Assembly: GCA_963784675.1 (NCBI GenBank)
Contig: CAWASE010000001.1
Location: 28,449 to 92,448 of the forward strand
Length of the DNA: 64,000 nucleotides
Direction of reading: 5' to 3'
Source: an uncultured Actinomycetes bacterium
GTDB taxonomy: Bacteria; Actinomycetota; Actinomycetes; Mycobacteriales; SCTD01
The notes below the pieces were generated by a model. It was not told the origin of the DNA, did not search any database, and saw only the letters and a list, made by a program, of their open reading frames with translations. A program made the position numbers and the translations under genes. The first letter of the stretch is position 1. The number at the start of each line of letters is the position of its first letter. This document shows positions 46,225 through 53,589 of this stretch, one piece after another.

Positions 46225-47949
46225 ACCTCACCCGCCGTCGCCTGCTCGGCGGAGCCGCCGCGCTCGGTGCGGCCACGCTGCTGCCTGCCGAACCCGTCTG
46301 GGCGGCTCCCGCCCGCGGGCGGCTGAGCACGCAGGTCGTGGTCGTGGGCGCCGGCATGGCCGGGCTGACCGCCGCCCGCGACCTGCTCGACCAGGGCGTC
46401 GACGTGCTGCTGCTGGAGGCCCGCGACCGGGTCGGCGGCCGCCTGCTCAACCACGACATCGGTGGTGGTCACGTCGTCGAGGTCGGCGGCCAGTGGCTCG
46501 GTCCGGCGGACGACGTGCCGGCGGCCGACCCCACGCAGGGCGACGTGCGGGGGCAGTCGGCGGCCGAGGCGGTGCTGCAGCGCGTCGGTCTGCGCCGCTT
46601 CCCCACCTACAACGACGGCGCCTACGTCGACTACCGCAGCGACCTGCCGGTCCAGCGCTCGACCTACACCGGGCGCATCCCCACCTCCGACCCGGCAGGT
46701 GTCGCCGAGGCGGCGAAGGTGCTCGCCCAGCTGGACGCGATGTGCAAGACGGTGCCGCTGGACGCCCCGTGGACGGCGCCGCGCGCGTTCGCCTGGGACG
46801 GCATGACCGTCCAGTCGTTCCTGGACTTCGGCGACACCGCGCTGGACGAGAACCGGCTGCCGGGCACCTTCGGCAACGGGGTGCTCTCGCCGGGCGGGCG
46901 GCACCTGGTGTCGCTGGCGATCGAGTCGGTCTTCTCGGTCGAGCCGCGCGACCTGTCGCTGCTGCACGCGCTGTTCTACCTGCACGCCGCCGGCAGCATC
47001 GAGTCGCTCATCAACACCGCCGGGGGCGCGCAGCAGGACCGCGTCGTCGGCGGCACGCAGCTGCTCGCGATCCGCACGGCGGCGGCGCTGGGCGACCGGG
47101 TCCGGCTCTCCTCGCCGGTGCGCCGGGTGGACCAGACCGGCTCGCGCGTGGTCGTCTCCGGTGACGGCTTCGAGGTCACTGCCGACCGGCTCGTCATGGC
47201 GCTCCCGCCGACGCTGTGCGGGCGCATCGACTGGGTGCCCGCGATGCCGGCACTGCGCGACCAGCTGACCCAGCGGATGCCGATGGGCACGGTGCTGAAG
47301 GTGCAGTGCGTCTACGACGAGCCGTTCTGGCGCGCCGACGGGCTCGCCGGGCAGACCACCAGCGACACCGGCCCGGTGAAGCTGACCTTCGACAACAGCC
47401 CGCCGGACGGCTCGGTGGGAGTGCTGATGGGCTTCATCGAGGCCTCCGACGGACGCGCCGCGCTGCGCCTGTCGGCGACCGACCGACGCCAGGGCGTCGT
47501 CGACTCCTTCGCCCGCTACTTCGGCGGGAAGGCCCGTGCCGTCGAGCAGTACGTCGAGATGTCGCTGGTCGGCCGAGCCGTACAGCCGCGGGTGCTACGC
47601 GGGTGTGTTCGGGCCGGGGGCGTGGAGCGACTACGGGCCCGAGCTGCGCGCGCCGGTCGGGCGCGTCCACTGGGCCGGCACCGAGACCGCCACGGTGTGG
47701 AACGGCTACATCGACGGCGCCATCCGCTCGGGACAGCGGGCGGCCGCTGAGGTCGTGGCTGCGCGGGGCAAGGGGTCGGCGCCGGTCGCGGCGCCCGCGG
47801 TGACCGGTCCGGTCGTGTCCGGACCCGCCGATCCCCCAGGCGGTGCGCTGGCCGCCACCGGCGCCAGCACCGCGGTCGAGGTCGCCGGCGCTGCCGCGCT
47901 GACCGCTGCCGCCGGCCTGGCCCACCGGCGCCGCAGCGCCCGCGACTGA
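46215..47949 (+). pseudogene. Tat-exported flavin-containing amine oxidase with an LAATG sorting signal; +1 frameshift at 47565
   Basis: MDLNLTRRRLLGGAAALGAATLL (twin-arginine) and VVVVGAGMAGLTAARDLLDQGVDVLLLEARDRVGGR (FAD fold). Reads to ...EQYVEMS, then the conserved WSAEPYSRGCYAGVFGPGAW...VHWAGTETATVWNGYIDGAIRSG continues in the next frame to 47949. Length is 1735 nt (3n+1). The tail is LAATG + hydrophobic stretch + HRRRSARD. Confidence 0.75.
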
Positions 47950-47976
47950 CCCGGCCCCCGACCGGGCGGGCGCCGG

Positions 47977-49139
47977 CTACCGGCTGAGCACCTGCGCCAC
48001 GGCCTCGCCCAGGGTCCGGTGGCCGGCCGGCGACAGGTGCAACCCGTCGCCGTGGTCGTAGCCGGGCCGCAGCCGCTCGGCGTCCGACGGGTCGCGCAGC
48101 ACGACGTCGGCGTCGACGACGTCCCCGCTGGCGCGGATCCAGGCGTTCACCTGCTCGCGGGCCGCTGCTGCGCCGGGCGTGCGGCGCGAGGCCGGCGGGA
48201 TCGTCAGCAGCACCACCCGCAGGCCCTTCGCCCGGGCCTGTCGCACCAGGGCGGACAGCTCGGCGACGAGCCGGTCGGCCGACAGCTCGCGCGCGAGGTC
48301 GTTGGTGCCGGCCAGCACGACGAGAGTGCCGATGCCCTCGCGGGCGAGCACGTCACGCCCGAAGCGCTGACGCAGCGTCGGACCGTAACCGCCGTCGACG
48401 ACGACGCGGTTGCCGGCGATCGCCGCATTCAGCACGGGCGTGCCGGGCAGTCGTGCCGCGAGAGCGTCGGTCCACCGCGGGAAGGTGTCGGCCGGCAACG
48501 GCGCGTCGGTGAGGGAGTCGCCGACGGCCAGCACCGACGCCCGGTCGCGGGTCAGCACCTGCACCTCCTCGACGACCAGGCCCTCGCGGTCAGCGAGCAC
48601 GAACGGGCCGGCGTCGGCGCGGCGGGTCAGGTCACCGCTGCCAGGCACGCTGCACCAGCCCGTCGCCGCGCCTTCGCGGTGCACCGACAGCTCGGCGCGG
48701 CCGGCGACGGCGAAGGTGACGACGACGTCGTCGCCGGCACGCACGGCCAGAGCCACCTCGTCGGTGCGCACCGTGGTCCCGGCCGCGATCGTCACGGCTC
48801 GTGCGCCGTCGACCGTGACGTCGCGGACGGTCTCCGGGCGGACGGCAGCGCCCTGCGCGCGCAGGCCCACCGTCACGGCGGACAGTCGGACGTCGCTCGG
48901 GCTGACGGCGTCGGACAGCGTGAGCCGCAGGGTGGGGCCGCCGGCGCCGACCCGGAGCGACCTGACGGCACGTCTGGTCGCGGGTCGGTTCGTGCCGCAC
49001 CGCGACCATCGCCTGGACGGCCGCCGAACGCCAGACGGCGCCGCTGGGCGGCCGGGCCCCTCCACGCCCCGTCTGCGGTGCCCACCAGGGTGGCCGCGCC
49101 GAGCAGCCCGATGCCGCCGAGCGCCAGCAGCCGTCTCAC
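47977..49139 (-). pseudogene. Secreted SGNH/GDSL-family hydrolase with two +1 frameshifts in the N-terminal region
   Basis: The body is intact (LAVGDSLTD...GTNDL...DGLHLSPAGH). The signal peptide VRRLLALGGIGLLGAATLVGTADGA (GTG 49139) and the segment WRSAAVQAMVAVRHEPTRDQTCRQVA are each in different frames from the body (RVGAGGPTLRLTLSD...). Length is 1163 nt (3n+2). Confidence 0.65.
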
Positions 49140-49918
49140 GACAGCGGATCCGCGTCCGCGTCCAGTGCGACGAGCAGGTCGTGCAGCGCGCCGAAGACGC
49201 CGGGGGCGGCGGCCACCACCATCGGGTAGCCGGGCTGCGCGCCCCGCAGCCCGCCGACCCGCGCGCCGGCCTCGGTGGCCACGAGCAGCCCGGCCGACAT
49301 GTCCCAGGGCGACAGCCCCTGCTCGTAGTAGGCGTCCACCCGCCCGCAGGCCACCGCGCACAGGTCCAGCGCGCCCGCGCCGAGCCGCCGCAGGTCGCGC
49401 ACCGTCGGCAGGAGCGCGGGCAGCAGCGCGGCCTGCGCCGCCCGCCGGCGGGCGTCGTAGCCGAAACCGGTCGCGACCAGCGCCTGGCCGAGGTCGACCG
49501 CGGCCGAGCACCGCAGCGGTGCGCCGTTCAGGAACGCCCCGCCGCCGAGCGTCGCCGTGAACGTCTCGCCCTTGGCCGGGTCGTGCACGACGCCCGCGCG
49601 CCGGACCCCGTCGATCTCGACGCCGATGGACACCGCCCACTGCGGCAGGCCGTACAGGTAGTTGACGGTGCCGTCGATCGGGTCGATGACCCAGCGCACT
49701 CCGGAGGTGCCGGTGGCGTCGGCTCCTTCCTCGCCCAGGATGCCGTCGTCGGGTCGGGCGGCGCGGATGCCGTCGGCGAGCAACGTCTCGCTGGCCCGGT
49801 CGGCGGCCGTGACGACGTCGGTCGGCGAGGACTTGGTGTCCGGCGCCCCCAGGCCCGCCTGCATGTCCAGCGCGAGCGCCCCGGCCCGGACGGCGAGGTC
49901 GACGGCGAGGGCCAGCAA
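49136..49918 (-). CDS. Inositol monophosphatase family protein
   Basis: Motifs GILGEEG, WVIDPIDGTVNY, WDMSAG. The stop overlaps the SGNH start (GTGA). Start is TTG 49918 per the ORF track. Confidence 0.85.
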   Translation of the reverse strand: MLALAVDLAVRAGALALDMQAGLGAPDTKSSPTDVVTAADRASETLLADGIRAARPDDGILGEEGADATGTSGVRWVIDPIDGTVNYLYGLPQWAVSIGVEIDGVRRAGVVHDPAKGETFTATLGGGAFLNGAPLRCSAAVDLGQALVATGFGYDARRRAAQAALLPALLPTVRDLRRLGAGALDLCAVACGRVDAYYEQGLSPWDMSAGLLVATEAGARVGGLRGAQPGYPMVVAAAPGVFGALHDLLVALDADADPLS

Positions 49919-50048
49919 CGATCGGGGTCGGCTCGGCTCACCCGCGCAGTCTGCCTGCTGACCCCGCCCCCGGGTGGCAGGACGGTCGCGCTTACGCTAG
50001 AACGACGTTCGGTTTCTACCCCGCTCCCCGATCGAGAGGACCGCCACC

Positions 50049-51242
50049 GTGGACCTGCGCCACTCCGAGCAGGACGAGGAGTTCCGTCGCGAGCTCCGCT
50101 CCTGGCTGGACAGCAACCTCCCCCAGGAGATGCGCGAGCCCGCGTTCTGGGCCGGCATGACCGACGACGAGTCGTTCGAGAAGCGCCGCGAGTGGGAGGC
50201 CGGGAAGGCCGCCGCCGGCTTCTGCGGCATCCAGTGGCCGACCGAGTACGGCGGTCGCGGCGGAACACCGACGATGAAGGCGATCTACGACGAGGAGATG
50301 GCGCTGGCCAACGCGCCGGCGACGGTCAACGCGCTCGGTCTGGCCTTCCTCGGCCCGACCGTCATGGCGATCGGCACCGACGAGCAGAAGCGCGACATCA
50401 TCAAGCCGCTGCTGCACTGCGAGACCATCTGGTGCCAGGGCTTCTCCGAGCCGGGAGCCGGCTCCGACCTCGCCGCGTTGCAGATGAAGGCCGAGCTGCA
50501 CGGTGAGGAGTACCTCATCAACGGCCAGAAGATCTGGACCACCAACGCCATGCACGGCGACAAGATCTTCACCATGGCGCGCACGTCCACCCCCGAGGGC
50601 GGCAAGCGCCACGCCGGCATCTCGATGCTCCTGGTCGACATGCACCAGAGTGGCGTCGAGGCCCGTCCGCTGAAGCAGATGACCGGCGCCAGCGAGTTCG
50701 GCGAGGTCTTCTTCACCGACGCCACCTGCCCGCAGAGCGAGATCCTCGGCGGCGAGGGCAACGGCTGGGCCACCGCCATGCTGCTGCTGTCTTTCGAGCG
50801 GGGCAGCTCCGCGATCGGCCAGTACACCGAGTTCCGCAAGCAGTGGGAGTCGATCGTCGCCGTCGCCGGGCAGGTCGAGCGCGACGGCCGTCCCGCCTCG
50901 CAGGACCCCGTGCTGCGCCAGCAGCTCGCTGCGGCCCTCGTCGAGCTCGAGTGCCTGAAGTACCACTCCTGGCACGTGCTCACCCAGACCTCGCAGGGCA
51001 AGGACCTGGGGTTCGAGGCGTCGATGACCAAGATCATGTGGTCGGAGACGTTCCGGCGCGTGAGCGACGCCTACGAGGCCGTGCTCGGCCAGGGCTTCGT
51101 CGTGCCCGAGCCCCGCGCCGACCTGTCGTTGGAGGAGCTCACGACCGCCGCGATGTGGTCCCGCTCCTGCACGATCTGGGGCGGTTCCCAGCAGGTTCAG
51201 CGCACCGTCGTCGCCGAGCGCGTGCTCGGCCTTCCCCGCTAA
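50049..51242 (+). CDS. Acyl-CoA dehydrogenase (FadE-like, first of a pair)
   Basis: IWCQGFSEPGAGSDLAAL, KIWTTNA and a C-terminal WGGSQQVQRTVVAERVLGLP helix. Confidence 0.85.
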   Translation: MDLRHSEQDEEFRRELRSWLDSNLPQEMREPAFWAGMTDDESFEKRREWEAGKAAAGFCGIQWPTEYGGRGGTPTMKAIYDEEMALANAPATVNALGLAFLGPTVMAIGTDEQKRDIIKPLLHCETIWCQGFSEPGAGSDLAALQMKAELHGEEYLINGQKIWTTNAMHGDKIFTMARTSTPEGGKRHAGISMLLVDMHQSGVEARPLKQMTGASEFGEVFFTDATCPQSEILGGEGNGWATAMLLLSFERGSSAIGQYTEFRKQWESIVAVAGQVERDGRPASQDPVLRQQLAAALVELECLKYHSWHVLTQTSQGKDLGFEASMTKIMWSETFRRVSDAYEAVLGQGFVVPEPRADLSLEELTTAAMWSRSCTIWGGSQQVQRTVVAERVLGLPR

Positions 51243-51258
51243 AGGAGCCCGGACCCTC

Positions 51259-52437
51259 ATGCAGTTCCAGCTGACCGACGAGCAGCGCGCCCTCCAGGAC
51301 GCGGTGCGCTCCTACCTCCGCGACCGCTTCGGACCCCAGCAGGTCCGCGCCTTCTACGAGGACGAGACCTCCGACGGCATCCCGTCCGACCTGTGGAAGG
51401 CCCTTGGCGAGCAGGGCTGGCTCGCCGTCCTCGTGCCCGAGGAGCACGACGGCATCGGCCTCGGCCTGCTCGACGCCGCCGTCCTCGCCCGCGCGTTCGG
51501 GGCCGCGACCGTGCCGGGCCCGTGGCTCGGGACGATCCTGGCCGGTGAGGCGGTGCGGCTGGCCGGCTCCGCCGAGCAGCAGGCTGCGCGGCTGCCCGGC
51601 ATCGCCGCCGGCCAGACCAAGGGGGCCGTCGCCCTGCTCAAGCCCGGTTCCACCCCGACCCCGGCGGGCGCACCCGCCACGGTGTCCGACGGTGCGCTGT
51701 CGGGCACGCTGCAGTTCGTCGAGTATGCCGAGGCGGCCGACGTCCTGGTCGTGCTCGCCGACGACGGCGTGCTGTACCTGGTCGATCCGAAGGGTGCCGG
51801 CGTCACCGTCACCGCGCTGAGCTCGCTGGACCGCACGACCCGGCTGTCGACCGTCGCGCTCGACGGCGCCGCCGGTGAGGCCCTGGCCGGCTCCACGCCA
51901 CAGGTGGTGCAGGAGCTGCTCGACCGCGCCGCCGTGCTCGTCGCCAACGATCTCGTGGGCATCGCCCGCAAGGCGATCACCGACACCGTCGAGTACGACA
52001 AGACCCGTGTGCAGTTCGGCAAGCCGGTCGGCTCCTTCCAGGCGATCAAGCACGACCTGGCCGACCTGCACATCGCGGTCACCTTCGCCGAGCACGCGGC
52101 CACCTATGCCGCACACGCCGTCGACGTCGCGGCCCCCGACGCTCCCCTCGCGGCCTCGGTCGCCAAGAGCAAGGCGGCCGACTCCTGCGACGCGGCGACC
52201 GGCGCGATGATCCAGTACCACGGCGGCATCGGCTACACGTGGGAGCACGACACGCACTTCTACTTCAAGCGCTGCAAGCGGCTGGCCGCCTCCTACGGAG
52301 ACGTCGCCCAGCACCGCGAACGCATCGCGACGCTGCTGATCGACACGGCGCCGCAGGCGTCGCTGTCGGGCGTCACCGCCGGCGGCTCGTCCGACATGCA
52401 GGGGGCCGGTGTCGCGTCGGGCGCCGCGGGCGCGTGA
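51259..52437 (+). CDS. Acyl-CoA dehydrogenase family protein (second of a pair)
   Basis: MQFQLTDEQRALQDAVRSYL...TVEYDKTRVQFGKPVGSFQAIKHDLADL...IQYHGGIGYTWEHDTHFYFKR. Lies 16 nt after the first ACAD. Confidence 0.8.
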   Translation: MQFQLTDEQRALQDAVRSYLRDRFGPQQVRAFYEDETSDGIPSDLWKALGEQGWLAVLVPEEHDGIGLGLLDAAVLARAFGAATVPGPWLGTILAGEAVRLAGSAEQQAARLPGIAAGQTKGAVALLKPGSTPTPAGAPATVSDGALSGTLQFVEYAEAADVLVVLADDGVLYLVDPKGAGVTVTALSSLDRTTRLSTVALDGAAGEALAGSTPQVVQELLDRAAVLVANDLVGIARKAITDTVEYDKTRVQFGKPVGSFQAIKHDLADLHIAVTFAEHAATYAAHAVDVAAPDAPLAASVAKSKAADSCDAATGAMIQYHGGIGYTWEHDTHFYFKRCKRLAASYGDVAQHRERIATLLIDTAPQASLSGVTAGGSSDMQGAGVASGAAGA

Positions 52438-52468
52438 GCCCGCTGCGGATGGCACGCGAGGGCGGGCG

Positions 52469-53269
52469 ATGAGCACCGCGCTCGTCACCGGCGGCGCCTC
52501 CGGCTTCGGCGCGGAGGTCGCCCGCCGGCTGGTGCGCCGCGGCGACGACGTCGTGCTCTGCGACATCGACGAGGCCGGCGGCCAGGCCGTCGCCGACGAG
52601 ATCGGCGCCACGTTCCTGCGCTGCGACGTCAGCGACTTCGACGACGTCGTCGCCGTCACCGCGGCCGCCGAGAAGGCCCTGGGCGGGCTGGACCTGGTCT
52701 TCCTCAACGCCGGCATCTCCACCGGGTGCGGCATCGCCGAGGACTTCGACCTGGCCCGCTACCGGCTGGCGAACGGCGTGAACCTGGACGGCGTCGTGTT
52801 CGGCGTGCACGCAGCCCTGCCGGCACTGCGCCGGCGCGGCGGCGGCTCGATCGTCGCCACCGCCTCGATGGCGGGCCTCACCGGCACCCCGTTCGACCCG
52901 GTGTACGGCGCCAACAAGCACGCGGTCGTGGGGCTCGTGCGCGCGCTCGGGCCGGCGCTCGCTCCGCAGGGCATCCGGATCAACGCGTTCTGCCCCGGGT
53001 TCGCGGAGACGAAGATCATCACTGACATCCGCTCGACGCTGGTGGGTTCCGGCGTGCCGATCATCCCGGTGGAGGTCGCCGGCGAGGCGGTGCTGCAGGC
53101 CTTCGACTCCGCCGAGACCGGTCAGGCCTGGCTGCTGCAGGCCGGCCGCGACGTCATGATCTACCGCTTCCGCGGCATCCCGGGGCCGTTGCAGGACGAC
53201 GGCAGCCCGGCCACCCCGGCCGAGCCCACGGGCATCCCCACCGGCATGGCCGAGCCCCCGGCGGTCTGA
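52469..53269 (+). CDS. Short-chain dehydrogenase/reductase (SDR)
   Basis: ALVTGGASGFG, LNAG, YGANKHAV. ATG 52469 chosen over the ORF track start at 52409. Confidence 0.85.
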   Translation: MSTALVTGGASGFGAEVARRLVRRGDDVVLCDIDEAGGQAVADEIGATFLRCDVSDFDDVVAVTAAAEKALGGLDLVFLNAGISTGCGIAEDFDLARYRLANGVNLDGVVFGVHAALPALRRRGGGSIVATASMAGLTGTPFDPVYGANKHAVVGLVRALGPALAPQGIRINAFCPGFAETKIITDIRSTLVGSGVPIIPVEVAGEAVLQAFDSAETGQAWLLQAGRDVMIYRFRGIPGPLQDDGSPATPAEPTGIPTGMAEPPAV

Positions 53270-53535
53270 CGGGCACCGCGGTCACCGGACCGGTCGGGCT
53301 GGGCTGAGCTGAACCGATCTTCTGACCTGTGGCTGTGGAGCGGGTGGCCTGGCTGTGAAGGCAGCCAGACACCGGTATCGATCTCGTCGCCACCGACAGG
53401 CTCACCGGTGGATGTCGACGGCCTGCCCGCCCTCGACATCCGGCCGGACCTGCACCCCTTGCGGCGGGCGCCGGCGGTTCGTCGTCATCGACCCGCACCT
53501 GCCTCGTGGCTGTTGCGGAGCCCACCCTTTGCGGC

Positions 53536-53556
53536 TAGAATCGAACACATGTTCGA
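53536..53556 (+). promoter_or_regulatory. -10 element TAGAAT overlapping a perfect LexA SOS box TCGAAC-ACAT-GTTCGA
   Basis: TAGAAT at 53536-53541. TCGAACACATGTTCGA at 53541-53556 is an exact match to the actinobacterial/mycobacterial SOS box consensus TCGAAC-N4-GTTCGA. The box centre contains ATG 53549-53551, 7 nt after the -10 element. Confidence 0.6.
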
Positions 53557-53589
53557 ACATCCCTGACCGTCGATGAGCTGGGCACCTGG

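Noticed and set aside
25556-47568. An apparent pattern in which the extra base is a C immediately 5' of a TGG (Trp) codon in three frameshifts (25559, 33682, 47565).
   Set aside because: This is probably ascertainment. Trp-containing motifs are what let me recognise the downstream frame, and the exact indel position is ambiguous by several nucleotides at each junction.
16255-47570. Programmed ribosomal frameshifting as an explanation for the frame breaks in dagK, the methyltransferase, trkA and the amine oxidase.
   Set aside because: The junctions have no slippery heptamer (X XXY YYZ), no poly-A/T run and no obvious downstream pseudoknot. The affected genes belong to families not known to use recoding. 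Simple 1-nt insertions explain all cases.
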